A DNA stretch of 63,987 nucleotides, filler included, from Octopus bimaculoides (GCF_001194135.2; 5 parts of 5 records of this genome joined end to end with filler, not necessarily neighbours in it), one strand, 5' to 3'. Positions 1 to 12,660 are shown, counted from the whole stretch's first letter. The notes: generated from the letters alone by a model not told the origin. Numbers and translations: made by a program.

Positions 1-130
1 ATATATGGTGGTGAGTTTGATCACCTCCTGCACCTACACCTTAGTCCTTTCATGGCGTCTAATGTGGCTTTTTAAACCAGACAGTGTTTTGAAAAAACAC
101 CCACACAGATTGCACCTCTGATTTGCAAGT
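1..130 (-). mobile_element. 3' tip of an RTE-type LINE (terminal C2H2 zinc finger of ORF2)
   Basis: Minus strand reads RCNLCGCFFKTLSGLKSHIRRHERTKV* (stop at 34-36), followed by a ~30-nt UTR and an (AT)n tail. This matches the terminal CxxC..F...GL.SH.R.H finger of RTE-type ORF2. Upstream sequence is microsatellite, so it is an isolated fragment. Confidence 0.55.
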
Positions 131-639
131 ATATATATATATACATATATGTATGTACATATACATACATTTATATATATATATACATATATGTGTGTAT
201 GTATATTGTTTAATGTACACTGTGCATAGTTATGAGTTACTAATAGTTCAAACATTGGAGAGTCTCCAAGTAATCTTCAGAGCCTGATGCTCACTTGGAG
301 ACACAAGGCATGCTATTAAAACCGGCCTAGAAAATATCTCCAATGTATGGAAATATTTTTTAGCTCATAACTATATACTGTGTACATAAAACAATGTTTA
401 TCTGTCACCGGTTGGATTACTTTTTTTGTTAAGCTTACCTTAACGGATAAGTAAATTATATATTGGAAAATGACAAAAGGCATCTGAAAAAAACCTCTCC
501 CAAAACACCCTCTTTCGAAAACACAAGACAGCAAATTCAACTCTAGACACACGCGCATGCACAGACACGCACGTACACGCGTGCGCGCACATGCACACAC
601 ACACACACATACGATAAGTTCTTATCCAAATGCTGTCAG

Positions 640-688
<49 letters not shown>

Positions 689-899
689 CTGGGTAAGGTT
701 GCAAAGGGAGGTGATAATGTGGTTGGTACGGATATTTGAAATTGTATTTCATGTTTGGTAACAATTAGATGATGCGAGATGGAGGATTGAAAATTGAGGT
801 TGAACCTTTGATTTGGAATTAAAAATTAAAACTTGAAACCTAGAATTGCAAACTAAGAAGTGTAAAGCCTAAAAACTGCAAAACTTGAGGGTTGGCTAG

Positions 900-1445
900 C
901 TTTTGAGATGCTTGTGTTAGAAGAGAGGTAGATACATCATTCAAAATACTGCCAAAATACCGCCTGGATTTACCTAAGATTTTAAATAAGGACCTGTACC
1001 TTCATGTAAGTACTGACCAACACCCATATCCTCTGGAAAAAGATGAGTTGTGAACATTATTCTCCTGCGTATATTCTTCTAACTACCTTCACTCTTTATT
1101 CTTCTATTTACTCCTTTATTCTTCAATTTTATTCCCTATAAACTGTAAATTTTCCCTGTCTAAAATATTCATACCTTGTCTCTGATGACGGAATGCCCAG
1201 TGCGTAGACATATTAACCTACCGCTTGGGTTATCCCAGAAACGGCTGTAAGACTTCAAATTCGCCTTACCCTAATTAAATTATTATAAATTACTTGAGAT
1301 ACTTGTTCTTCCTTGGTTTTGATTTTTTTCGCTAATATAATATATACCTGCTATAACGGAACCTTAATACGGATCTCTCGATCCAGTCTTAGCTGTGATC
1401 TTAGAACCTGACGGTCGACCAACTATAGCACTTACCTATTTGTTT
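900..1445 (+). mobile_element. Possible Penelope-like pseudo-LTR remnant hosting the hammerhead
   Basis: Inferred only from the minimal hammerhead and its pyrimidine-rich flank. No convincing ORF; boundaries are approximate. Confidence 0.3.
1178..1253 (+). ncRNA. Type I hammerhead ribozyme fold with extended stem II
   Basis: GTCT(1178-81)-CTGATGA(1182-88)-stem II hairpin(1189-1237)-GAAAC(1238-42)-GGCT-GTA(1247-49)-AGAC(1250-53). Stem I is GTCT/AGAC, stem II contains GCCCAG/TTGGGT and GCGTAG/CTACCGC, and the cleavage triplet is GUA. Confidence 0.7.
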
Positions 1446-1988
1446 AGATCACAACTGAACTAAACCTCTCATATTTTATATATGTGTGTGTATGTATGTG
1501 TGTGTGTGTGTGTGTGCGTCTATGTGTGGTGTGTGGTGTGGTGTGATGAGTGTGTATGTACGTGTGTACGTATGTGCTTGTGTATGTGTGTATGTGCGTA
1601 TGGGTGTATGTATGTTTGTATGCATGTATGCATGAAGGTACGCATGTATGCATGAATATATGCATGTATGCATGCATGTACACATGTATGTATGTATATA
1701 TGTATGTATATATGTACGTACATACGTACGTATGTATGTATGTATGTATGTATGTATGTATGTATGTATGTATGTTACAGACAAGAAAGTAAATTTCGAA
1801 CGCAGTCTGGCTGTGAAAACAGCCGAGAAAGATTGGGTATTTACTCGGAAAAAAGTTGCCAGCAGACATAAAGGCAGACAGAAATTGATGAGATCCTATG
1901 GACGATAACTGACTAGAATTTGGCGATATTCTGTATGTTTACCGTTCGTTCTGTTTGTGCTTTTACATACTGTTTTTTCACATATATG

Positions 1989-2039
<51 letters not shown>

Positions 2040-2923
2040 TATAATATGTGACAATTATTCGGTTGCCATAATAAAACTCCGAGTTTCGGATGTCGGGACG
2101 GAAACCTGCTCTGGCATCTCTACAGTAATTGAGGNNNNNNNNNNNNNNNNNNNNNNNNNNNNNNNNNNNNNNNNNNNNNNNNNNNNNNNNNNNNNNNNNN
2201 NNNNNNNNNNNNNNNNNNNNNNNNNNNNNNNNNNNNNNNNNNNNNNNNNNNNNNNNNNNNNNNNNNNNNNNNNNNNNNNNNNNNNNNNNNNNNNNNNNNN
2301 NNNNNNNNNNNNNNNNNNNNNNNNNNNNNNNNNNNNNNNNNNNNNNNNNNNNNNNNNNNNNNNNNNNNNNNNNNNNNNNNNNNNNNNNNNNNNNNNNNNN
2401 NNNNNNNNNNNNNNNNNNNNNNNNNNNNNNNNNNNNNNNNNNNNNNNNNNNNNNNNNNNNNNNNNNNNNNNNNNNNNNNNNNNNNNNNNNNNNNNNNNNN
2501 NNNNNNNNNNNNNNNNNNNNNNNNNNNNNNNNNNNNNNNNNNNNNNNNNNNNNNNNNNNNNNNNNNNNNNNNNNNNNNNNNNNNNNNNNNNNNNNNNNNT
2601 GTGTGTGTGAGTGTGTGTGTGTGTGTGTGTGCGCGCGCGCGCTTGTGTAAATATATATGTGTAGATGTATACATGTATATATGTATTTGCAGAAGATTTT
2701 CTTCAATTAAAAATTGTTGATTATGTAAATATATATTTTGTGTTACTATAGGTAAACAAGTTTAAAGACCTGTGAAGGAAGTTTTTTTTATATAAAGCAC
2801 TTTTCACTGTTTTCAGGTTTTCAAACACACGTCTTAAGTAAACTGGTGTACTTTTCTGCTTTTTTAAACATTTTTATAGAATTAACTATTTCTCCTATAA
2901 AAAATTCTGTTGTTGTCGTTGTT

Positions 2924-2976
<53 letters not shown>

Positions 2977-3783
2977 TAGATCGGTGGATTAGCAGAATTG
3001 TTAGGACATCGGGCAAAAAGCCTTGTGGTATTTGTTCTGCTCTTTACCTTCTTGTGTTCACATCAAATCTAACCTGTGTTCAACTCTGAGTCAAATGTTA
3101 AAGTCAAAGTAATTTTCTAACTTTTCCCAGCAACAACAGAGAAAAGTTGTACCTATATTATAAATTACTGTTGTAATAAATATATATTATCAATAGCAAT
3201 GATACTGTTTAACTATCAACTGCTATATTGTTTGCTGTATTGTTGTGATAAACTATATTTTCAGTGTTTAATCATTTAAATTGCGTGATTTTCCTTCTTT
3301 ATTTATTTGCGTAGGTAGCCTAACATTTGTAGCATGATCATAGTATTTGAGTCTAATTGTTATTGATTATTTCAGGTGAAAGCCTGAGCTATCAGAAAAT
3401 GTAGCTTTTTATTATTCAATGTTCTCAATTCAAATTTTGCCATGATCGCCTTTTCCTTTCACTCCTCTAGTATCTGTTAAATAAAGTACCAGTAAAAGGC
3501 TGGGGACGATATAATGAAGTACCAATTAAATACTGGGGTCGCTATAATCCATTGGTTCCTCCCTAAAAAAGTTTTCTTAACTTTCGCTTATGGAAGAAAT
3601 TTTACAGAATCGTTAGAGCTTCGGACAAAATGCCTTACGATATTTAACTATGAACTTTCTCGCTCTGAGTTCAAACCTTTCCGAGGTTTACTTTGGATTT
3701 CATCCTTCCAGAGACGATAAAAAAAATAAAGTCAAGGACTGGATTCGATATCATCGACTTTTCCTGTGCCTATTTTAGAAACA

Positions 3784-3817
3784 ATTGTTGTTGTTGTTTT
3801 TGTTGTTTTTGTTATCG

Positions 3818-3855
<38 letters not shown>

Positions 3856-3860
3856 GATGC

Positions 3861-3952
<92 letters not shown>
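3784..3952. repeat. (GTT)n/(AGT)n compound microsatellite immediately inside the Hand intron
   Basis: Read directly from the sequence; begins ~8 nt beyond the donor site. Confidence 0.95.
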
Positions 3953-3959
3953 AAACTCA

Positions 3960-3965
3960 ACTTAC
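3960..3965 (-). promoter_or_regulatory. Splice donor of the Hand coding exon (ACG|GTAAGT, phase 0)
   Basis: Consensus GTAAGT directly after the codons for ...KKRKET. This matches the intron position after the KRK motif in bilaterian Hand genes. Confidence 0.85.
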
Positions 3966-4493
3966 CGTCTCTTTCCGTTTCTTGTCGTCTCTGTTCTCCA
4001 GTTTCTTGCTAAGTTCCGCTTTAAATCCAGCAGTGTCCACGAAAGAAGGATCATCCTTTGATAAGACGTCCATTAGATAGGCGATATAACTCGTGGCTAG
4101 ACGAAGAGTTTTTATTTTCGATAATTTTGTGTCTGACGGAACATTTGGTATACAACCACGAAGTTGAGCAAAAGCCATGTTTATGCTCTGAGTCCGTCGT
4201 CTTTCTTTTTTATTGGCCGTGACTCGTCTTTTAATGACGCGAAGCGGTCCTGAGTGTGTTTGTATGTGTTCGTATGTGTAGGTTTGATAATCGGAAGACA
4301 AGGAACCAGTTGTAGCTAGGTAGGAAGAATCGTTGCCTATTTGTGCGGTGGCTACGGGCGTGTCGTTTCCGTTAAGCATCCAGTTTGGGAAATAATGGTG
4401 TGGTGTTGGTTCCGGTGGATATTGGTAAAAATCGTGTACCATGGGTCCCGGATGATGGTAGCCTTGGTTATATCCTGTCACGCTGAGACTCAT
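3966..4493 (-). CDS. Hand: Hand bHLH transcription factor, first coding exon (176 codons)
   Basis: ATG at 4493 with A at -3. The b[60 protein letters not shown] followed by FKAEL...KKRKE is diagnostic of Hand/dHAND. The exon is intact with no stops. Confidence 0.95.
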
Positions 4494-4565
4494 TTCTCCG
4501 ACGAAATCGGTGGGGTGGGGGCTTGAAACTGGATTCTTTTTTTCCCGCTAAGCCAAATATTTCCT

Positions 4566-4600
4566 CTGTTGGATCCACAATGAAATTGAAATAAAAAGGC
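4566..4600 (-). promoter_or_regulatory. Candidate splice acceptor 72 nt upstream of the Hand ATG
   Basis: Minus strand TTGCCTTTTTATTTCAATTTCATTGTGGATCCAACAG|AGG, with the AG at 4567-4566. Confidence 0.35.
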
Positions 4601-4729
4601 AATATTAATTAAAATATTAAAACATTTATTTTGCAAGGGTGGAGGATGAATTATTCATCATCATAATCATCTTCCTTATTATCAACTTTTATTATTATTA
4701 TTATTGGGCCTATGGATAATTTTCAGAAA

Positions 4730-5365
4730 TCCCTGGCACTGACAATGCTACTAAGAGGTATTGCCGATTCGGAATAAACTCTACAGGCATGGAATTCCGT
4801 CAGCCAGGCCTGCCCGAGATGCGTGCAGAGCGACGAAACTGTTCTGCACGCTCTCGTCCAGTGCCCGAGCATTGCTGACTTGTGGGTTTATGTCGAATAC
4901 CTGCTGTCGCGTGTAAGACTAATTCGGCCGCCTTCCTTTCACCCCGCCGTCTTCCTTTGGCCGAGGAGGGCAGGCAGTGCTTCTCTGTCTGGTGGCCTTA
5001 GCGAAAGAGGTCGTGCAGTGGACCAAGTTGAAAGGGCTGAAGATAGACACTTTCCTCTTTGGCCAAACCCTCATCAAGATTTTCAAATTCAACTTGAAAA
5101 AGAAACAGAGAAGAGAGGGAGGTGCTGCCACCCAAGAATTTTGTCAAAAGGTGGGTGAATGCAGTGCGTATGGCCCGAGTGAAATACAACAAGGTTGGAC
5201 GAAGAGGTGAGGACGAAGAGGAGAGGGCAATCGTGGTTTTTGTGGCGTTTCCACGAACAACCTTTTTGGGGGATTTTACTTGTTATAACTTTTATTATTT
5301 TCCTTACGTTCCAATCCCACTCGTTTTGTAGTGTCTTGTATCGTCCACAATCTTTTATATGAACC
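4730..5365 (+). mobile_element. Tx1/L1-clade LINE, 5'-truncated 3' fragment, frameshifted
   Basis: LPIRNKLYRHG...CPRCVQSDETVLHALVQCP..LW is the C-terminal CCHC (zf-RVT-like) knuckle. It continues CLVALAKEVV.WT.LKGL..., then a T-rich UTR and a (GTT)n tail. Confidence 0.75.
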
Positions 5366-5372
5366 ATCAGTG

Positions 5373-5426
<54 letters not shown>

Positions 5427-5636
5427 ATTATTATTATTATTATTATCATTATTATTATCATTATTTTTATTGAGTGAGAGAGTAGTAGATACCATCAAAG
5501 TGACACTGGGGTAAAATATGCGAAGCGCAGTGTACCCATCATGACTTCTGGTCTGATTAGGGCACATGCATCACACACACCCAAATGTGCGCGACATGGT
5601 GATCTCATGTCAAGAAAAAAAAATTTAAGTGTTTCG

Positions 5637-5671
<35 letters not shown>

Positions 5672-5673
<2 letters not shown>

Positions 5674-5896
5674 TCATATCCTACGTAAAATACTGTCTAT
5701 GTGATCTCAAATTTTAAAACAAACACATAATTTTCTTATGGTTTCTTAAACATTCACTTGAACAAAACTGTACAAATCCAAATATATGGTACCCTAGGCA
5801 TAACACCTACATGAACTTCTAGCTTGTTGTCTCTTGAGGTCTCTGGGTGAGACTTGGATCCAACTTGTACAAATGCAAAGTAAAAGTCAAACATAA

Positions 5897-5900
<4 letters not shown>
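5672..5900 (+). mobile_element. 3' end/UTR of an R4/Dong-like LINE flanked by (TAA)n
   Basis: Starts with HILRKILSM* (typical last motif of these ORFs), followed by a UTR. (TAA)n tracts lie on both sides. Confidence 0.45.
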
Positions 5901-5950
<50 letters not shown>

Positions 5951-6536
5951 NNNNNNNNNNNNNNNNNNNNNNNNNNNNNNNNNNNNNNNNNNNNNNNNNN
6001 NNNNNNNNNNNNNNNNNNNNNNNNNNNNNNNNNNNNNNNNNNNNNNNNNNNNNNNNNNNNNNNNNNNNNNNNNNNNNNNNNNNNNNNNNNNNNNNNNNNN
6101 NNNNNNNNNNNNNNNNNNNNNNNNNNNNNNNNNNNNNNNNNNNNNNNNNNNNNNNNNNNNNNNNNNNNNNNNNNNNNNNNNNNNNNNNNNNNNNNNNNNN
6201 NNNNNNNNNNNNNNNNNNNNNNNNNNNNNNNNNNNNNNNNNNNNNNNNNNNNNNNNNNNNNNNNNNNNNNNNNNNNNNNNNNNNNNNNNNNNNNNNNNNN
6301 NNNNNNNNNNNNNNNNNNNNNNNNNNNNNNNNNNNNNNNNNNNNNNNNNNNNNNNNNNNNNNNNNNNNNNNNNNNNNNNNNNNNNNNNNNNNNNNNNNNN
6401 NNNNNNNNNNNNNNNNNNNNNNNNNNNNNNNNNNNNNNNNNNNNNNNNNNNNNNNNNNNNNNNNNNNNNNNNNNNNNNNNNNNNNNNNNNNNNNNNNNNN
6501 NNNNNNNNNNNNNNNNTATATATAAATAAACTGATT

Positions 6537-6893
6537 GGTGCAGGAGTGGCTGTGTGGTAAGTAGCTTGCTTACCAACTACATGGTTCAGGGTTCAGTCCC
6601 ACTGCGTGGCACCTTGGACAAGTGTCTTCTACTATAGCCTCGAGCCGACCAAAGCCTGTGAGTGTATTTGGTAGGCGGAAACTGAAAGATGCCCGTCGTA
6701 TATATGTATATGTATATATATGTGTGTGTGTTTGTCACCCCAACAACGCTTGACAACAGATGCTGGTGTGTTTACGTCCCCGTAACTTAGCGGTTCGGCA
6801 AAAGGCACCGATAGAATAAGACTAAAGGCAGTGCTCCAGCATGGCCGCAGTCAAATGACTGAAACAAGTAAAAGAGTAAAAGAGTAAAAAGAG
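6537..6893 (+). mobile_element. tRNA-derived SINE, family A, near full length
   Basis: A-box-like TGGCTGTGTGGT, B-box-like GGTTCAGTCCC, CORE-like ACCTTGGACAAGTG, internal (TA/TG)n, and tail ...GACTGAAACAAG(TAAAAGAG)n. Colinear with 49763-50184. Confidence 0.85.
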
Positions 6894-7194
6894 ATAGATA
6901 TACATATTCAATGTATGTATGTATGTATGTATGTATGTATATACGTATGTACACGTAAGTTTTTACAAATAATACTTGATATAGTCATATAGCAATTTTA
7001 AGAAATTTTTGAGAAACGGAATAACAAAGTTTTGAAAAGAATTTTTCGTATTAGTGCTTATATGGTACATATATATGTATACACGCACACATTCACGCAC
7101 ACACACATATATAAATATATATGTATACACGCACAAACACGCACAAACACACACACACATACACATATATATACATGTATGTATGTTTTTGCGT

Positions 7195-7400
7195 CTTTGT
7201 GTCTGTGTTTGTCCCTCCACCATCACTTGACAACCAATGGTAGTGTGTTTATATCCTCGTAATTTAGCGGTTCGGCAAAAGATATCGGTAGAATAAGTCT
7301 TGGGGTCGATTGCTTAAACTAAAAAACCTTTTACGGTGATGCCCCAGTATGGCCAGTCAAATGACTGAAACGTACAAAGAATAAAAGAATAAAAGAATAT
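7195..7400 (+). mobile_element. SINE family A, 3' half
   Basis: Matches the 3' half of 6537-6893. Confidence 0.75.
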
Positions 7401-7406
7401 GTGTGC

Positions 7407-7451
<45 letters not shown>

Positions 7452-8536
7452 CATAAAATTAAAATATATCGGGTTGCGCACCTGTGCACACGTACTGACT
7501 GAATACCCGTGCCATCAAAGTCACACATGGGTACACTCACTGCATGTATACCACAGTCGACTATAGACTCCAGATCCAAACGTATGGAAGGTTCCGAGTT
7601 TGGTGAAGAATAAAGAAATTAAACTGATGTGTTGCGGTTCATTGCATCTATTTCAGACGCTGTGTTTTTATTGATTANNNNNNNNNNNNNNNNNNNNNNN
7701 NNNNNNNNNNNNNNNNNNNNNNNNNNNNNNNNNNNNNNNNNNNNNNNNNNNNNNNNNNNNNNNNNNNNNNNNNNNNNNNNNNNNNNNNNNNNNNNNNNNN
7801 NNNNNNNNNNNNNNNNNNNNNNNNNNNNNNNNNNNNNNNNNNNNNNNNNNNNNNNNNNNNNNNNNNNNNNNNNNNNNNNNNNNNNNNNNNNNNNNNNNNN
7901 NNNNNNNNNNNNNNNNNNNNNNNNNNNNNNNNNNNNNNNNNNNNNNNNNNNNNNNNNNNNNNNNNNNNNNNNNNNNNNNNNNNNNNNNNNNNNNNNNNNN
8001 NNNNNNNNNNNNNNNNNNNNNNNNNNNNNNNNNNNNNNNNNNNNNNNNNNNNNNNNNNNNNNNNNNNNNNNNNNNNNNNNNNNNNNNNNNNNNNNNNNNN
8101 NNNNNNNNNATATATATATATATATATATATAATATATAATATGTATATTATATATACATAATATATATGTTATATATATATTATATTATATAGATATAA
8201 TATAATATATAATATATATATTATATATATATAATATATATGTAATATATATACTATATATACATAATATATATTATCTATATATTTATATATATATGTT
8301 ATAGATATAATATATGCATATATATATACACATAATATATATACATATATACATATAATATATATATGTATATATACATATAAAATATATACACATATAA
8401 ATATTATATATATATATATATACATACATATACACGCTCACAAACACGCGTGCACGCACCGATATACGTACGGGGAAATATTTCAATATGAATGTCTTAA
8501 TAAAACTAATAATTCTCATGTGGAGAGAGAGAGATC

Positions 8537-8591
<55 letters not shown>

Positions 8592-9039
8592 TATATATGC
8601 GTGTGTGTGTGTGTGTGTGTCTGTGTGCGTGTGTGAGTGCGTGCGTGTTTGTGTGTGTACGTCTGTAGGCTGTGTTTTCCAAAATGGAGGTGAATACCCT
8701 TCTCCATGTTGTCGGCATGAAAAATTGTTAGGATATTTTCCTACTTTTCTTAACATGAAACCAGTGGTAACCTTAATTCACAAATAAAGAAACTATATCC
8801 ATCAATGCACTGTTGAGTAATATATATATGTGTGTGTGTGTGTNNNNNNNNNNNNNNNNNNNNNNNNNNNNNNNNNNNNNNNNNNNNNNNNNNNNNNNNN
8901 NNNNNNNNNNNNNNNNNNNNNNNNNNNNNNNNNNNNNNNNNNNNNNNNNNNNNNNNNNNNNNNNNNNNNNNNNNNNNNNNNNNNNNNNNNNNNNNNNNNN
9001 NNNNNNNNNNNNNNNNNNNNNNNNNNNNNNNNNNNATAT

Positions 9040-9275
9040 ATGAGGGTGCATGGGCTAGTGGTTAGGGTGTTGCACTGAAGATCGCTAGATCGCGATTTCA
9101 ATTTCTAGACCAGGTGGTACGTTGTGTTCTTGAGCAAAACACTTCATCACATGTTGCTCTGTGATCACTTCAACACCTGACGCGTGGTACACCATGCACC
9201 TGTTCAGGCAACATCGATTTGATGGAGGGAGTGAGCTAATATGCGGCACGAACATTTGATCACTATCAACAAATC
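9040..9275 (+). mobile_element. tRNA-derived SINE of a different family
   Basis: Head GCATGGGCTAGTGGTTAGGGTGTTGCACT (A-box-like) and CORE-like CTTGAGCAAAACACTT. Confidence 0.6.
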
Positions 9276-9334
9276 ATACGTGTAGGTCGTTTGGCAGAGG
9301 CACTGCAAAATCTCGGTACCACGTTAGAATTTCA

Positions 9335-9485
9335 AAGGAAGGCGTAAGTTGATTACATCGACCACAATGCTTAACTAGAACTTTTTTATCGACTCGGAGG
9401 AATTTGAACTTCCATCATACAGACAGACGAAATGCCGATAAACATTATGTCCGGCGTGCTAACGATTCCACCAACCCGCCGTCTT
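9335..9485 (-). mobile_element. SINE family B, decayed
   Basis: Shares GAATTTGAACT and CCGGCGTGCTAACG with the better copies at 38331 and 49243. Confidence 0.7.
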
Positions 9486-9491
9486 TATGTA

Positions 9492-9531
<40 letters not shown>

Positions 9532-9545
9532 TTTGTGGATGGATG

Positions 9546-9584
<39 letters not shown>

Positions 9585-10834
9585 GCATATATATATGCAT
9601 ACATAATGATATATAAAGAAATATATACATGTATATATTTATACATATATTCATACATACACTCACACACACACATATATATACATACATGCATACATAC
9701 ATACATACACATATGCATCTAAATATATATATGTACACACAGGTATATATACATACACGTGTGTGTGTGTATGTGTGCGTGTGCGCGCGCCCGCGCCCGT
9801 GTGTGAGTGTGTATTATAATCCAGTACAATGCTGAGAACAATTCCTTTTATTTCATTGATTTAAAATACTTCCGTCAAAAATCTTATGAATATCGATTCT
9901 CAAGGAAACACTTGTAAATCATCTGAATATATGCTCTTGCTTACTTTATTCTCTTTTATCAAAATAACAAACTCTGGGCAGTTTTGTGGATTTCTAAACA
10001 TATGCTTGATATAACAACCAATCTCCTAATTATCAGCTGTCTGATAGCCTACACCCGTGGGTGAACTTTATAGAGCGAACTCCAGGGTTAACATCCTAAT
10101 GAAATTATCATTTGTGTTTATAAGTGTGTGTGCAATTCATTGTAGAATTGTAAATTTGAATAGGTTACATATTTTTTAATTGATTTCAACAAAACTACTC
10201 TAAATTTCACCAAACATCTATAAATTTCGCCATGCCTGTCCGGTTTCTGAAATTGAAGACTTTTTGTTCGTGCACATACATTTAACCAGCATCAATTAAA
10301 TCAATATTTTTAATTTCGAAATGGAGAAAGAGGTGGTTTACCTAAGTAAACTATGTCCTATCTACCTACCTGATTTATCTATCTATCTATCTATCTATCT
10401 CCTCATATATTATATATATATAAATGATAAAAAAATAATATAATATATATATATATATACATATATATTTATATATATANNNNNNNNNNNNNNNNNNNNN
10501 NNNNNNNNNNNNNNNNNNNNNNNNNNNNNNNNNNNNNNNNNNNNNNNNNNNNNNNNNNNNNNNNNNNNNNNNNNNNNNNTGCATACATACATACATACAT
10601 ATATACATACATACATGCATACATACATAAGTACATACATACATAGACAGTCAGACAGACATACATTAAGCGATACAGACAAATCGTTATCATACGTGAG
10701 TGTATAACAGTAAGAGGTCTTCTATCAAATAAACACTTAAATAAAAATAGCCGTCCCCAGTTTTGGGGATTTGTAATACTTGATGATATTTGCCATAACA
10801 TTACATATTTGATGATGAACAGTTATATATATAT

Positions 10835-10900
<66 letters not shown>

Positions 10901-11054
10901 GTATATAAATACATACACATATTCATGTACATAAACATATATATATTCCTATCTAATCGTATATATACAAATATATAAACATATATACCTATACAATCAT
11001 GCACATATGTATGCATACACACGCGAATAATATTAATACGCACGCACACACACA

Positions 11055-11103
<49 letters not shown>

Positions 11104-11936
11104 NNNNNNNNNNNNNNNNNNNNNNNNNNNNNNNNNNNNNNNNNNNNNNNNNNNNNNNNNNNNNNNNNNNNNNNNNNNNNNNNNNNNNNNNNNNNNNNNN
11201 NNNNNNNNNNNNNNNNNNNNNNNNNNNNNNNNNNNNNNNNNNNNNNNNNNNNNNNNNNNNNNNNNNNNNNNNNNNNNNNNNNNNNNNNNNNNNNNNNNNN
11301 NNNNNNNNNNNNNNNNNNNNNNNNNNNNNNNNNNNNNNNNNNNNNNNNNNNNNNNNNNNNNNNNNNNNNNNNNNNNNNNNNNNNNNNNNNNNNNNNNNNN
11401 NNNNNNNNNNNNNNNNNNNNNNNNNNNNNNNNNNNNNNNNNNNNNNNNNNNNNNNNNNNNNNNNNNNNNNNNNNNNNNNNNNNNNNNNNNNNNNNNNNNN
11501 NNNNNNNNNNNNNNNNNNNNNNNNNNNNNNNNNNNNNNNNNNNNNNNNNNNNNNNNNNNNNNNNNNNNNNNNNNNNNNNNNNNNNNNNNNNNNNNNNNNN
11601 NNNNNNNNNATATATATATATATATATATATACATGTGTTCACAATAGCAACCACAGCAACCGCCAAAGAAACGACAATTTCAAGGAAAAATAAAGAAAT
11701 ATTCAGAAACCGTATTATGTGTTGTAGTAGTAGTTGCAGTAGTAGTAGTAGCAGTAGTAGTAGTAGTAGTTGATATACGGAATCATATATCTGGCGTTTG
11801 TCTTCACTTGTTCCACAAAACTGGCGACATTTCGTAACAGAATTGAGTCAATCCCTGACTTTGTGTCCACAATGTTTTCAATCACTCAGCCTTCCGACCG
11901 ACCACCTCACACAAACTGAAGCAACATTACAACAGC

Positions 11937-11998
<62 letters not shown>

Positions 11999-12660
11999 CA
12001 GCAGCAGCAGCAGTAGCAGTAGCAGCGGCGGTGGCGGCGGTGGTACAACTATTGGATGGAGAAATAGTTGTGCGAAATGATAAAGAATCTCGCCTGAAAG
12101 GATGATGGTGGGAGGGGATTAGTGAGGAAGCTGGTAGCGAACTGCTGTGGGTGTGGTCTCTGAGTTGCAATAGCGGGGGTGCGGAGAGGGGTCGTCTTGT
12201 GTGTCTGCTGAATTTGAAGTCCTAAAATCACAGTAAAATTTGGGTTTTTATTCCGATTTCTGATTTTGTTGATCTTTGTTTATGTTTGAGAATTACGACT
12301 GCGGTCGATCTGGGACATCGCATCTCGTTTGATAATCCGGATACTATCTCACTCAGCATAGCCGTAGTAAATAATTATATGCCATTACTGTCTTCAGGCA
12401 CCCAAACACACGCAACATACATCTACATGCATATATCGAAACGCCAGTGTTTTAATGGTGGCAGCTGATGAAGGATATGTCCTCTATGTGGCCTGCTTGT
12501 TTTTTGTAACTGGTTTATCATTTTGTCCATGTTTTTTTGCAACGTCATGTACCCAGATATGTATCTATATGTACATGTAGATGAAGGTATGTACATACAT
12601 GTACGTATATATGCATATACTCATATATTGTTTGTATTATACATATATATATATATATAC

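Noticed and set aside
34-255. C2H2 zinc-finger gene
   Set aside because: A single terminal finger preceded by microsatellite and followed by a retro-type tail; better explained as a LINE 3' tip.
11907-12170. 87-aa His/Ala/Thr-rich ORF
   Set aside because: Half is trinucleotide repeat, there is no recognisable domain, and I saw no convincing splice context.
12431-12482. GAAAC ... CTGATGA resembling a type II hammerhead
   Set aside because: No closable stem I and no valid NUH in register.
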